A stretch of 64,000 nucleotides of DNA from Octopus vulgaris (lineage: Eukaryota): positions 21,700,001 through 21,764,000 of the forward strand of contig OX597814.1 in NCBI GenBank assembly GCA_951406725.2, read 5' to 3'. Below, piece after piece: positions 38,763 to 52,815 of the stretch (position 1 is its first letter; each line of letters starts with the position of its first letter). A program made the position numbers and the translations under genes. The notes under the pieces were generated by a model. That model had not been told where the DNA came from. It did not search any database and was given only the letters and a program-made list of their open reading frames with translations.

Positions 38763-41520
38763 TTAGTTAGTTAGTTAGTTAGTTAATTTGGCTCAAAAGC
38801 AAATAGCAAGGCTATGTAGGGGGACATGGAGTTAAGTACAGGGTGGTGTTCATGTAAAGAGTTCAGGCCACTTGAGGTCCAGGGAGGCTTTGAACAAAGC
38901 GGTCGTCGGCATCTTCACCATCTCGTCTGGCAGCTTGTTCCACGGATCCACAACCCGGACGGAGAAAGCTCCTCTCCTTCGATTGAGATGAAATCGTCGC
39001 AGGTAGAGCTTTTCGGAATGACCCCGCAGCCGACGCTCTGGAGCAGGAGTGAAGAACAGCTCTTTCGAGAGGTTACACTGTGGGCGAGAATGAGATCACC
39101 ACGGTGGCGGCGTTTTTCAAGAGAATAAAGGTCGAGCGTCCTCAGCCTTTCTTCGTAGGACAAATTTTTGAGACCATGAACCATGCGGGTAGCCAGCTTC
39201 TGGACTCTTTCGAGATGCTGTATGTCTTTGAGGAGATAAGGAGAAGAGGCTTGAATCCCATACTCCAATATGGGTCTCACCAGCGTGACATAGAGTGGTA
39301 GGAATATGGCTGCTGTGAGCATTCCGAATGACCGTCGAATCAAGAACAGAATTCCGCGTGCTTTGTTGGCAGCATGGACGCACTGGGCCGAAGGCGAAAA
39401 GGAGGAATCCACCAAGATACCCAGGTCCTTTACCTGATCGGTCCTCTCCAGCAGCAGACGACCCGGCTCGAAATCAAGTTGAGTTGCAGGAGTAGAGCCG
39501 ACAGGCAGATGACAGCACTTTGACACGTTCAGACACAGGTCCCAATCGTTAGACCACTTCCAAATTTGGTGGAGGCATCGACGAAGATCCTCTATATTAC
39601 CGCGAGGAGCGACCAGTTTGATATCGTCGGCAAATAGAAGGGTGTGTTGCGTGAGGTCGTCGGGCAAGTCATTTATGAAGACTAAGAACAACAAGGGCCC
39701 AAGCACTGAACCTTGAGGCACGCCACTGCTCGCACTGGAGACGTCGGCCGCGAACCATTAACTTGGACTTGGAAGGAGCGATCTGAGAGGAAGGCACCAA
39801 CCCATCGTACAATATCCGGATGGAAACTATATGCTTGAAGCTTGACAAGTAATAGGCGGTGGTTTACCGAGTCAAAAGCTTTGGCAAAGTCCAATAAAAC
39901 GATGTCAACAGCATCACTATCATCGAGGATGTGCGTCACCAATTCTTCCATTACTAGTAAGTTGGTCAAGCATGATCTCTTCGGCACGAAGCCGTGTTGG
40001 GAATCAGAGATAGAGGCTGTGTTTAGGAGGTGGAGCATCATACTTTTCTTAAGGATGGTTTCGAACATCTTGCTGATTATTGATGTAAGGGAAACCGGTC
40101 GGTAGTTAAGCGGGTCTTCGCGGCTCCCTTTCTTGAAAATTGGGCAGATTATCGCTGTTCTCCAGTCTGCAGGTATAACACCCGTCGCCAATGACATATT
40201 GAATAGTCGTGTTAAGGGCTCGCAGATGACTGGAGCCAACGCTTTGATAACCCGTGGGTGTATGCCGTCAGGGCCGTGACCCTTGTTGACATCGAAGCCT
40301 TGAATAACACGTTTGACTTCGTCCCGCGTGATGACCAATCGAAGCATTGGAGGTACCGATCTATCAAATGGAGGGGGTTCACGACCATCATCTTGTTTGA
40401 AAATAGTTGAAAAAGCCTCGGCAAATAATTGACTCTGTTGATAAGGGTCCTCAATCGATACGCCTGTTGAGTCTACCAACGTTGCAATCTGGTTGTTTAA
40501 GCGGGAATTCCGCTGGACATGGGCAAAGAAGCTTTTTGGATTGCTACTGGCATTTGCCGCGATTTTGTATTCATAACTGAAGCGTTCTTTCTTTTCAATT
40601 TTCACGGCTCGGTCTCGTTGAGTTTTGTACACCTCAAAAGCTGCAGTCGAATCCAGATTTTTGAATTCAGCCCAAGCAATATCTCTGAGTCGACGTTCTC
40701 GTTTAACCTTCTTCGTCACCCAGGGCTTGTGTTTCTTCCTCTTGGGAAGCCCAACGGGAACTGCCTGGTCAGTCAAACAGATTACATATGCTTTGAGGGA
40801 TGACCATAGTTCGTCAACTGAGGACAACGTCATCAGGGATCGCCAGTCCAGAAGCGCGGAAGCCTCGGTTAGAATTTCAAGATTAATTGCAGAGAAGACT
40901 CTACGTGGCAACGAAGTAGTCGTGGGCGTAGGAAAAGTTGTGTGCATGACGAACTTCAGGACCGCATGATCACTCTTGGCAAGAGGGGCGCACACAGATA
41001 CGTCTGACACTGATCTTGGATAGCGGGAGAATACCAGATCTGCTGCCCAGACCGATGCCTTGTCGGATATTCAACATGTTGCGATAGAAAACAATCTTCA
41101 GCCACGTCAAGAAGGGCCTGGCCGAACCGGGAAGATGTTGTACAAATTGATGCGGGCCAATCGATCGTGGGAGCGTTGAAGTCTCCTAGTACCAAACAGT
41201 CATGCGAAGCTGAAACGAATCTTATCGCTTCGAGTAAATGAGCATCGTCCTGGGGGTCGGCAAGAGGCGGCCTGTAGACAGCCAACACGGGCAGGCAAAA
41301 CTCGGATAGGCTCAGCTTGCAATAGACGGCATCGAATTTTGTTGTAGGTTGAGCATTATTGGGTAGAATACCGCTGGACGGTTTGTGCTCAGACTTAACA
41401 TACACAGCAACACCTCCACCTCGCCTTTTTCCTCTGTCACATCTGAAAAGGACGTAGCCCTGCAGGTGGATAGATGTGAATAGATGTCAACAATTTGGCC
41501 GACTCTCTGCCACTTCTGCT
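38763..41520 (-). mobile_element. CR1-group LINE, 5'-truncated, APE plus RT with frameshifts, (TAAC)n tail
   Basis: GGGVAVYV, VYRPP, GDFN, SDH; GPDGIHP, NYRPVSLTS, QHGF, LDFAKAFD, PQGSVLGPLLF, FADDIKL, KDLGI motifs. Confidence 0.92.
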
Positions 41521-41829
41521 GATCGTTAATGTTAATTTTAAACATTGTCATACATTTTAAACATTGTCCATACATTTCGAGAGATGGTGTAGTCAATTAA
41601 ATAGTTACAATATTTGCCTGAAACTTTATTTTATTGATATTGAAAGGTAAGGTTGATCTCGTATGAATTTGAACTCAGAATGTAAAAGACTACAACAAAA
41701 TACAGTGCGAAGTACTTTGTCCGACTAACGATTTATCAATTCATCACCTTGCTATTCCATACTATTGCATTACGAGCAATTTATTGGGTCACATTAATAC
41801 CACTAAAGGCTTAAAATGTACTATCATCA

Positions 41830-42260
41830 TCAAGTTGTTGGGTTAACAGTCTATACGCTTTTGCAGTCAGATGTCGCCACTAGTCTCTCTTCTCTGTCAT
41901 GTTCATCAGGATCGAGATGTTTTGAGTTGACCAGTCCTTAATGTTTATTATTCAAGGACTTTCTTTGACTGCCCATCTTTCGCCCTCCCTCTACTCTGTT
42001 CTGAATGGTTTGGGACAGGGAGTTTTAGTGGGATACGAGACGTTACCAGAAAAGCTTCCGTCTTTTTATCTGTCTGAAAGCGTTGACTTCCTGCCAGACA
42101 AATCTGTTCCTTTTATATTCAATGTACGAGATGTGTAACAGCCATCTGAAGCATTTATGCTCAAAATCCCTAGATTCTTTCTCATGTTAGCTGTAAAAGA
42201 TCAATTTTCATACCCATACAGAAGGATTGAAATCACCAAATATTAAATAGCGTTTCTCTA
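41830..42260 (-). mobile_element. Degenerate RTE-like LINE 3' fragment
   Basis: Reverse strand resembles RTE C-terminus (..LYGYEN..FEHKCFRWL..RRGGRRWAVKESP*INNIKDW). Confidence 0.5.
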
Positions 42261-42412
42261 AGTGGGCAGTACCGTCCCAGAGACAGATTGGGTGCTAGGG
42301 ACGAAAGATGAACCTGTACAGTTCTTTTTTTAAAATCTTTGCCTTTTGTTTTTAATATTAACTTTTTTAAAAATTTAAATGCATTAGTATGATAAGCCAC
42401 TGCTCGGTACTG

Positions 42413-42812
42413 CCCTGATGCAGTACCAGGCAGTGGCTCTCATGGCTTCTGATCTTAAGTGACTGGAAGTGTTATCATGTACATTGTTTTGCCTTGGTAT
42501 AAAAGATGAGCTACAGCAAATATTCTGCTCAATACCACAGATTTGCTTGTCATTTGTTTGACCTTAGTGGCTGATGATTTGTGCATCTCTTATCACGAGC
42601 AGAAGTAGTGAGGGAACATCATAGCCATGTACTGAGAGGAATTCTTTGGTGGTTGGATAATTCAACTTTGGAAACATGGGTGTTTCGTTCTTCATCCTTA
42701 AACAAACCTTATTCAGGGACCTTTTGAACAGGATGGGCTACACGACCTGAAGAAAATTTTAACTGGGTTCCACCTGCAAGGTCATGCGCTGTTTATCTTG
42801 ATATGAGATCAC
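42413..42812 (+). mobile_element. Second copy of the element at 25625-26169, 3'-truncated by a SINE B fragment
   Basis: Starts GCCCTGATGCAGTACCAGGCAGTGGCTCTC as in the other copy. Confidence 0.8.
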
Positions 42813-44029
42813 TGTGTACTAGGCTTACAAAGAATAATTCCTGCGGTCACTTTTTTCGACTAAAACCCTTGCAGTCAAATGACTGAAACAAGTAATAGAA
42901 TAAAAGAATTCAATTGAACAAAGCCGAATATATAACACCGCCTGTACTTATAGCATTCGCTATAAGGTGGGAGGTGGGAGTGGAGGAGGTGAGGAGGAGG
43001 CGGAGGAGGGGAAGTGGAGGTGGAGGAGGTGAGGTGGAGGAGGTGAGGAGGAGGAGAGTAGTTTGGTTGTTGTCGTGGTGTGGAACACGGCTCAGGACTA
43101 ACCCGAGATGGCAAGGTGATAAAACTAAATCGATTTTAGATCATGGAGAAGCAACAGGCACAAGAGTTAGATTGAAGTCTTTTTATACCAGGTTCAAGTC
43201 ACCAACTTTTTGTCTCTTAACAGGTATTTCAGTTGTCAATTTGCTCGCGTAATTACGGTTTCGTTAAAGGCATTTAGCGAATCAGAACTGAATCACAGAT
43301 CGATATTGATTTTTTTTTTTTTAACATTGGATTAAGATCTATTTTTTGTAAATGAAAGTTGTTGCCGAAAGATGTATTACTGTTATTTTATATACCCCCT
43401 AGTGAAACAATGCAAAATGACTTTTTAATCGACTCGGCCGATGACTCAAATTAGTGCAATTATTCTAATTATTCTGAAATTTTGTTGCCTCTGACCACCC
43501 CACCACTCTGTAACGGATTAATATTGATTTCCAATTTTGGCACAATACCACGCATTTTGAGGTGGGGAAACGGAGAATATGGTCGATTAAATCGAAAACA
43601 ATACTTGATTGATATTTTATCGACTGCAAAAGGATAAAATGCAGTAAGAGCTGAACTCAGGAAAAGAATTGGCAAGAGAGTAGTCTTGAATTTTTAAGAA
43701 AGGTACATAGGATATTAAAACGTTCATACTTTTTTTCTACCCAATGCAAAAGCGAACTCAGTAAAATGAAACGGGTGTGATTGCAGTTTATCCTTGACTT
43801 ACTGTGAGTTTAATTCTGGCTTTATGAATTTCTCATATCGCAACAAATTTATATGCAGCTGGAATAGTAAGACGTCAGATGTTGGGGAATCTCTCAAGAT
43901 GTATAGTTACATACTTTTCTATTCTGAGCTTAAATCTCAAAGAGTTCGACTTCTTGCGGAGTCGATAAAATAAATATCTGCCAAAAACGATGATCTATGT
44001 AACTGACTGGGTACTTCCTAAAAATATTG

Positions 44030-44428
44030 GTTTTCAATCTTGGCACAAGGCCAGCAATTTCGGGGAAGTGAGTAAGTCGGTTACATCGACTCCCAGTGCT
44101 AGATTAGTACTTATTTTATCGACGTCGAAAGGATGAAAAGCAAAGTTGACCCCAGCAGTATTTGAACCCAGAACGTAAAGACGGACGAAATACCTATTTC
44201 TTTGCTACCCACAAGGGGCTAAACACAGAGAGGACAAACAAGGACAGACAAACGGATTCAGTCGATTATATCGACCCCAGTGCGTAACTGGTACTTATTT
44301 AATCGACTCCGAAAGGATGAAAGACAAAGTCGACCTCGGCGAAATTTAAACTCAGAACGCAGCGGCAGACGAAATACCGCTAAGCATTTTGCACGGTGTA
44401 CTAACGATTCTGTGGCAGCTTACCGCTT
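44030..44428 (-). mobile_element. SINE family A dimer (tail-1 unit plus tail-2 unit)
   Basis: Same unit junction as at 6131-6899. Confidence 0.85.
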
Positions 44429-44629
44429 TACTCCCTAAAAATGTTGATCTTCTTTGTTTTCTTAATCATAACACTTTATTTCACGTCACTCCAGTCTACT
44501 CAGCTATCAAAAGTGAGTAATCCTGCAATGGACTGGCGTCCTGTCCAGGTGGGGATATCACATGCTATGGAAACCGGGAAACCAGCCCTTATGAGTCGGA
44601 ATGACTCGAAAAGGAAACGCTAAACATGT

Positions 44630-44965
44630 GAAGGTACATAGCTCGGTTGTTAGAGCGTCGGGCTCACAATCATGAGGTAGTGAGTTCGATTCTTCCCAGA
44701 CCGGGCTGTGTGTTGTGTTCTTGAGCAAAACACTTTATTTCAAGTTGCTCCAGTTCTCTCAACTGTAGACATGAGTTGCGACGTCACTGGTGCCAAGTGG
44801 TATTGGCATTTGCCTCTCTCTTGGATAATATCAGTGACGTGGAGAGGGGAAACTGGTATGCATGGGAGACTGTTGGTCTTCCATAAACAATCTTGCCCGG
44901 ACTTGTACCTCGGAGGGGAAATTTCTAAGTGCAATCCCATGGTCATTCATGACCGAAAGCGGTCT
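44630..44965 (+). mobile_element. SINE family D
   Basis: Homologous to 25121-25457. Confidence 0.8.
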
Positions 44966-45859
44966 TTATATAAAAGCTCTAATACTGAGACAAAATCATA
45001 AATTTGGGTAGGAAATATTCGATTGAAATCAACCCTCAATATTGACAGGTATTATATTTTATTAACTCCGGAAAGATGAAAACTAATGCTGAAGTGTGTA
45101 TGAAGCTAGTGTTGTAAATTGTTGTTAGTATTGAATATAACATCATATAATAGTTAAATACGCACGACCATATTTCAATTACATAACTATTTCTCCTCGA
45201 GTAAATACATTTGAGAAAGACGTGTACGTCGTCACAAAATCTTGTTTCCTCTCACTTCTTCTAAATTTGAGTCGGTATGCTTCGGAATAAGATCAATATG
45301 GAGGAAATTATGAAACCGTTTCTGGAACGTTTTAGCTAGACAAGCTTTACGTTTTTTTGTGTGTGTGTGTGTATGTTTGTTTTGTTTTTTTAAGATTGTT
45401 CTGATCTCGCAAAATTTAGCTCAATCTAGTTAAAAGATTTATAGAACTTGGTTAATGCTTAAATGAGTTTCCTTAACTGTCACGCATCTCAGAAACAATC
45501 AATTTCGATTCTACTTAACTTCAATGATTTATCGGCAGACCAGTATTTCCAGGATCAATTCACCATATAAACTATAATACAACACAATATAATTGTCGGT
45601 TCATCTTCGGTTATAGTTCGCTATTTCTATAACCATGTTTTATTTATTTAGTTATTTATTTATTACATGTATTATTTGTGCTTTAAAAAGTTTTTCACTT
45701 CCTCTTTATATATTCTATGTTTTTCACATACATACATGCATGCATGCACGCTTACATACATACATACACACACACACGTTTATTGTTAACTGTCAAAAAA
45801 AAAAAAGAGTGCTGAATACTGTAATAGAGATGGATGACATTTTATTTTGGTCGAGTCTG

Positions 45860-46065
45860 AGTGGCAAGCTTGCAGAATCGTTAGTACGCGGGACAAATAA
45901 CTTAACGACGTTTCGTCCAACTTTATATTCTGTGTTCGAATTCCTCCGAGGCTGTCTTTGCCTTTTATCCTTTTGTAAATGTTGATGAAATAAGCACTAG
46001 GTGAGCACTGAGGTCGATGTAACTGATTAGCCCGTTCCCCCAAATTTCAGGCCTTGTGCCTATAG
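45860..46065 (+). mobile_element. SINE family A, old monomer
   Basis: GCAGAATCGTTAG head, degenerate core, tail AATTTCAGGCCTTGTGCC. Confidence 0.7.
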
Positions 46066-46185
46066 TAAAAATAATTTTGTGTCTGAGAAATTCGATTTCC
46101 CCATCCCACCCCAACCTTTCCTTAATTTGTAGCCTTATGCGTTTGTGGTAAATTATTATTATTGTTATTATTATTATTATTATTG

Positions 46186-46435
46186 TGAAGGCACGTGGCT
46201 TAGTGGTTAGGATGTCAACACCATGATCGTAAGATTGTGGTTTCGATTCCTGGACCGGGCGACGCGTTGTGTTCTTGAACAAAACACTTCATTTCACGTT
46301 GCTCCAGTCCACTCAGCTGGCAAAAATGAGTAACGCTGCGATGGACTGGCGCCCCATCCAGCTGGGGAACACATACGCCATAGAAACCGGGAAGCCGGGC
46401 CCATGAACTTGGCTAGGCTTTAAAAGGGCGCATTT
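46186..46435 (+). mobile_element. tRNA-derived SINE family E
   Basis: GAAGGCACGTGGCTTAGTGGTTAGG...GGTTTCGATTCC...GATGGACTGGCG.CCC.TCCAG; partial copy at about 44485-44625. Confidence 0.8.
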
Positions 46436-47299
46436 ATTTATTATTTTATTATTATTTTTAAATACGTTTTCGATTGTCAGGAAAACAGATCGTACGATTT
46501 CATTCACACATTTAGGTTCCTATGCCAGATACCATGTATTATTTGGTATTCAAACCAGAAATATATTTCTCTATTTGAAAAAACAAATTCCAAGCAAAGA
46601 GTGATGTGCTCCCTATCTACTGAACTGAGTTTACAAGCTGACTCTAATTCTCAATTAAAGTTAATTCACTTTATTATACGCCGCTAGTTCTCGTGGAAAA
46701 GTCATGACTACATTTTTCTGTTCATCGCTCCATTGATTTATACATTCTCTTTCCCGAGTAAAAGAAGCACTTATGAAAAAGTACATGCTTCGTAAAGAAT
46801 GACATAAGTCGAATTTTCGAATTGGCTTTTATTCTCGGTTGATTCTCATTTCCTCACGCCAGGATTCTTATTATAAATATCAATAATGTACCCAGTTAGG
46901 GTATTTCGGCAGCATATCGATTAAACATCACACTTTTAAAACAAATGTACTCTAGCGCCTCACCAAAATGTTTTTTTTACGATACAGACCTGACCTTTAT
47001 ACGAAATTGTTTGCTTACAAGTACAAATCTCACTGTAGTCAATACAAATTAGGGTAAATTTCTATTTAAGAATGATCGTGTTTTGAGTATTGAATTTGTC
47101 ATTAAAAAAATAATATCAAGATATTTTATTACAAGAATTTATACTGAATGCAAAGTATATTGCTATCGGTTTGTATTGATTAAAATCAGGAAAAAATAGG
47201 CTGATTTGAAAATTATTTCTTTTCTTAAGATATATTAGTCTGAGGAAAAGAGAGTTACATGACCCGCAACAGATCAAACTGTACTTATCCTAAAGTGCA

Positions 47300-48130
47300 G
47301 TGTTTCTTTTTGGGGGTCCTGGATGCTGGGTGCCTGAGAACTGAAAAGGAGGCAAGAAAATTGTCATGTTTAAATACAATTAAGATGGTTTGCAATATTT
47401 AATTTATCAAATACAAAGGCAAAGAAAGAAGTATTACATGATGGCAAAATCTGTTTTGTTTTCTCATTAAAAAGAGGCGATAATTTCACTAATATTTTGG
47501 TGAGGACCTTGTCAGTTTTAGAACTTCTATAATAGATAAAAGCTCCCGTCGATCAGGGCCGACCATATTTTTGCATTTACAGGACTGAGCAATTGTTTTT
47601 GTGGGAGACGAGCAGTTGCCCCTACATGCAAGTTTCTCCTGTCCACACTGCCAATGTTTTCGAAGAGAAAGACCACTGAAATACCCTTGATGTTTAGTTC
47701 GAAATTTAACGGGTTAGTATTGGAGGAAAACGGGGTTAGGGAATTTAAACTAGGGATGGTATTGAATAAAAGTTTTAATATGGAATTTTGTGTCTCACTT
47801 ACTAAACAGGTGTGTCGAAAGAGCATTGTGGGTGACAGTTTGTTTCCAGAGAAAAAGTAGAAGAGATACTGGAAAAATTCCTCAGTGGTCAGTCCTGATT
47901 GTGTATGTGAGTGGTGTCTATATTACGCCAGATTTGTAAACAATAATCCAACATAGATAGTACTTTTGTTATCTAAACGGTGAACAACTGCGGTGACAAC
48001 TAATCTGAATGATGTCGTCTTGGATATAATAGTGGGGGGACGCTATTGTATTGATGATGAGGTCTAATAATACCGAAATATGACTAGAGTTGTCACTGCA
48101 CTGCCATATATGAAATTCACTTTCCACTGC
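47300..48130 (-). mobile_element. Possible highly degenerate LINE RT fragment
   Basis: Reverse strand NAKNMVGPD-like segment resembling the LINE GPDG motif; very eroded. Confidence 0.3.
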
Positions 48131-49176
48131 ACCTTGTTTGCAATAAAATTTAATCAGTTTAAATTACTGTCGACAGTATCACTATGACCTGCTGTGCCGA
48201 TCGCTGGCTCATGGACTGCCGAAGATACTTATAAAGAGAGAAATGCATGGCAGGACTCGTCATGTTGGCGCTACGATAGACCTAAATCAAAAATTTCCTC
48301 CACCCTTACTGCTTTTCTTTTTGTATTTCTTTACACGAGATACTCCAATTTAATCTTGTTCCATATTAGTGTCGCAGTATGTTTAAGACCTGCTGCCTGT
48401 GATAAATCATAAAAAATTTAGAGAGTACATAGAGCATCGTATGGAATCCCTTGCATTATGTGTTCAGGTTGCTTGCTTCCGTGTGTGTGTGTGTGTGTGT
48501 GTGATATAACTAACTGTAAAATTTGAACCCAGAACGGATAGCTTAAGGTATACCGCCTGACACTCAATTGACACTGCAAACTTGGTTCCTTCGTCCTATT
48601 TTTAACATCTCTGCAAAATCGCAGATGATCTTGCATGTTTGTCCATGGTAGCTTTTTATTTTATTGCTGGGCGTCTGGCAACTAGATTGAAATATTTCTA
48701 CAATAAACGTCTTAATGTCTTAGCGGAGAATTTTACTGTTGCTAGTTACTGTGCTTGCACAGTACTGCTAAATGTAAACGATGATGTAACGCTAAGACGA
48801 TGAATCATACATTCAGTTTGAAGGTTTGTGATACGATGTTCGCCTGATCTGTTAGATGATTTGTATTCACCTGTGTGATGGAAACTGTCCAGGTAGCACT
48901 AATAGATATTTTTATCTGAGGTGATACATAACTGACTAACGGCCAGGAAAATTATAAATTCAACGGGAAGAATCAATTTAAGCTCACTTTTTCAAATGAT
49001 AGGTTGATAAATTTATGAAATGTTGATGTCCCTTGCAGTCTCATAAATATCAAATAGAAGATGAAATAGTATTTCATAATTCATATATTATAATAGATTA
49101 ACTTTATAACTAACAAATATTTAATAGGTAATCAGTTTTAATTTTTATATTTAAAAAAATATTGAGAAAAATACAA

Positions 49177-50446
49177 TTGGATTGTCCGGAAAGTTCGTGT
49201 CGATTTTTAAAGGAAAGAAAAGGTCAATAAATACTTGCCATTACATTTTTAATCAACTAAATATGAACCATTTTGTTGCACAATGTGTCTCCCTCTTTCC
49301 TTTAACTTGAAAATACTCTCTTTCCAGAATTGAGGTGATTTCATGGCAAAGAATTCATCAAGGTATCTTTTTACGTCATCCAAGGAATTGAAATTTTTAC
49401 CATTAAGACTATTCTGCAGAGACCTGAATAAGTGGAAATCCGAAGGAGCAATATCTGGTGAATGTGGAGGGTGGGGTAACACATCCCAGTAGATCTGCAG
49501 CAATTTTTGTCAGTTTCCCAAAGAAACGTGTAGTCTTGCATTATCATGTTGGAAAACAACACCCTTCCTGTTGGTCAATTCTAGACGTTTCTCTTGAATT
49601 GCTGCTTTTAACTTGTGAGCAGTATTTTTTAGTTGTGTGCAGTATTTCTCAGAATTAATTGTCTGGTTACTTAGAAGAAGCTCACAGTACAGAATTCCTT
49701 TCCAACCCACCAGACACAAAGCAAGACTTTTTTGGGTGAAGATCCGCTTTTGGGGTAGCTAAGCGTGACTCATGTCGCTTACACCAGGATCGCTTTCTCT
49801 GAACATTTCGGTAGATAATCCATTTCTCATCACCTGTCACAATTTGCTTTAAAAAAGGCGCGTTTTCATTCCGTCTATAAAGCGAATCACGCGATTCAAA
49901 AGGTTCTTCTCACTCAACTTATGTGGTACCCAAACATCGTAGCGATTTGTGTACCCAAGCTTTACCAGATGTTCATGAACGACGGATTTTGATAGGTTGA
50001 GGCTTTCTGCCAATTCTTGGGTTGTGCAATATGGGTTATTCTCAATTAATGACTTGATTTGGTCATCATCAGCAGTGGATGGTCTGCCTGATCGCTCTTT
50101 ATCGATAAGGCTACAATCTCCAGCTCGGAACCTTGCAAACCACTTCCGTACAGTTCTTTCGGATAAAGAAACATCACCGTAAACTGCACATATTTCTTTG
50201 GTGCTTGTGAGGAATTTCCCTTTACGCAAAAGGAAAAGCATCAAGTGAGAAAATGAACTTTGTTATCTTCCATTTTAAAGGGTTACAGAATTAACACAGG
50301 TTATAGGAACATAATCGAAAAGATAGCTTAAACCGTGCTTTAAATGGAGGTGTAGTCAAATTCTATTTTATGGATTCAACCATGTTCTAAAATAAAGTCG
50401 ATAGGTAAGCTACTATAAATCGGCACGAACTTTCCGGACAGCCCAA
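49177..50446 (-). mobile_element. Near full-length mariner (DD34D) element, ~1270 bp, transposase disrupted
   Basis: TIRs TTGG(A/G)TTGTCCGGAAAGTTCGTG; RSGRP, WVPHKL, FQHDNAR, HPPHSPDIAPSDFHLFRSLQN; frameshifts. Confidence 0.95.
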
Positions 50447-50945
50447 TAAATTTCCTCTTTGTGTTCAAACATATGACCAAACATATTACATACATACAAA
50501 AGCATACAAACATATATACATACATGCACATATATACGCATACACACGTGCACATACACACACGCACGCGCACACATATACAGGTACACACATATACACG
50601 TGCGCGCAGGTGTGTGTCATAGTCAGAGACCAGGTCGCAGATGTGCGACGAAATGTTTTGATGCTTCATAATAGACTGTAAAATTACGAAACGAACAAAG
50701 AAATGAATATAATAGTTTTCATGTCGTTAAATAATGTCTAAATGATTTCCACGATATAACTTTCACAAGCAAACTCGCGCGCGCACACACATACACATGC
50801 ATATCTATGCGTTTGTATGTGTATATTTGTGTGCGCGTGCGTGTGTAAACATGCATTCAGCTCTGTCAGTAAATTTGCAGATTACAATGCGTAACTACTC
50901 TTTATAACAAAATTTACGTATATATGTATGTATGTATTTGAATTG

Positions 50946-51254
50946 TGGAGGCGCAATGGCCCAGTGGTTAGGGCAGCAGACTCGCAGTTGTAGGATCGCG
51001 GTTTCGTTTCCCAGAACGGGCGTTGTGAGTGTTTATTGAGCGAAAACACCTAAGGCTCCACGAGCCTCCGGCAGAAGGTGGTGGCGATCCCTTATGTACT
51101 CTTTCACTACAACTTTCTCTCACTCTTTCTTCTGTTGGCCTGCTCCCTTAGCCAGCGGGGTGGCGTCATTTGAAGGCTAAAACAATGCGAAGCGCATTGT
51201 GACCAGCGATGTGTAGCAACATCTAATAGCCTGGTCGGTCACGGTGATCACGGT
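50946..51254 (+). mobile_element. SINE family C
   Basis: Homologous to 19932-20227. Confidence 0.9.
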
Positions 51255-51440
51255 ATTTGAGTTACGCGAGGGCGCGCGTGTGTGTTTTGTTTGTGTGTAT
51301 GTATGTAAGTATATATGTATTCCAGGGACGGATCGACACAATTAATTGCTATCAATATGGAATTTACTTACGCACCTGTGGTTCTCAGTCAGGGTCTATA
51401 TGTCCCTTGGGGTTCTGTATAAGAATTTTTTGTTGAAATT

Positions 51441-51834
51441 TCTCTCTCTATATATAAAGCTGAAGTTGTCTTTGTATGGCAGACTTGGTAGCCTTCAACT
51501 AATGCTATCTCCTCCGAGACCCTGCGACGCAAGTTGACCAAAATTGAGAGTATGATAGAAAAAGGCTTGCTCTTCATTCCGTAGAAGATAAAATTCAAAT
51601 CCGACCATGTTAACACCAAAAATTATTTACATCAAAAAGGTGCTTTTTTTCTATGAAAATCCCTATTTTTTACGATCTTTTGACTGCTGTGTCGCCATTT
51701 TTCGGTGTATTTTAACTAGAAAAATGTTCACTTAAAGAGAATAACAAGCTACATTATGCAAATTTTTTACTTTTCAAAAATTCCAATTCTAAAGGGTCAA
51801 AACAAACCCGAGCAACGCCGGGTGATACTGCTAG
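51441..51834 (+). mobile_element. Non-autonomous Helitron
   Basis: TC start, CCCGAGCAACGCCGGG hairpin, CTAG|T end; matches 37992-38383. Confidence 0.85.
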
Positions 51835-51904
51835 TATTAAATAAGTTGGTTGTACTTCTACGATATACAAAATATTTTAACCATATTTTCATACAATTCC
51901 TAAT

Positions 51905-52123
51905 AATGATTTCAAATTTTGGCACAAGGCCAGCAATTTGGGGGCGGGAGTAAGTCGATTGCATCGATCCCCAGAACACAACTGGTACTTATTTTATCGA
52001 CCCCGAAAAGATGAAAGGTAAAAATCGACCGCGATAGGATTTGAACCCAGAACGTGGATGATGGACGAAATGCCGCTAAGCATTCTGCCCGGCGTGCTAA
52101 TGATTCTGCCAGCTCGCCGCCTT
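51905..52123 (-). mobile_element. SINE family A monomer (tail type 2)
   Basis: Head, core and imperfect TSD TACAA.TC.TAATAAT. Confidence 0.85.
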
Positions 52124-52149
52124 GTACAACTCATAATAATAGTCACTTA

Positions 52150-52680
52150 TAAAAATATAAGATTTTTTAAACATCGAATTGCCAAGAGTAAAATAGGAAT
52201 CAAAGGAGTCCATAGGTAAAATGGTTGAAAAACACTAGTGCAGACTAAAGGAAGCAGAGGTGGAGACTTCTGGACAGAGCTAATGACTTATTGCTGCTGG
52301 ATATGAAGAATACAGCCGTGATCCGAATTCAAATTGCATTAAAAGGCAACGCTAACAGCTCTATAGAATGGTTTGATCTAACGATACGTAAAAGTCCGAA
52401 TTGTAGAGCTAACAGTGCATATGGAAGGCATGAAGGTGTGGATACATGAAAGGAAATTATCAAGATATTAGGAAGTCAATAAGGCGTGTGAGGCACGAGA
52501 ATAGCAAGTGCTTCTAGAGGAGAAGGCATGTCGTGGATTTGTAATTAAATCAATGGTGTCCGTCCGACCTTGTCAATGAACTTAGGAGAAACGGTAGAGT
52601 AACGGTTTGCGAACTGCAAAAGGAAGCAGAGAAAATTTCACCGTCGATATAGTAAGAGTTTGTGCGAGAAAGACAAAAGC
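52150..52680 (+). mobile_element. Degenerate HERO-like RLE LINE fragment
   Basis: Pseudo-translation IVELTV...IHERKLSRY*EV...ACRGFV. Confidence 0.5.
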
Positions 52681-52815
52681 TGAAAGTATAAAATAAATCC
52701 TCAACAATAAATAATTATTGGGTGGCTTCTGTTGCTCCTATTTTCGCAAAGTGACTGCATAGATGACTGCAGGAAAAATGCATTCTGTGATATGGGTCAA
52801 AAAGTATCTTTACAA

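Noticed and set aside
42965-43060. GGA-rich tract encoding a Pro/Ser- or Glu/Arg-rich ORF
   Set aside because: Low-complexity repeat without splice or domain support
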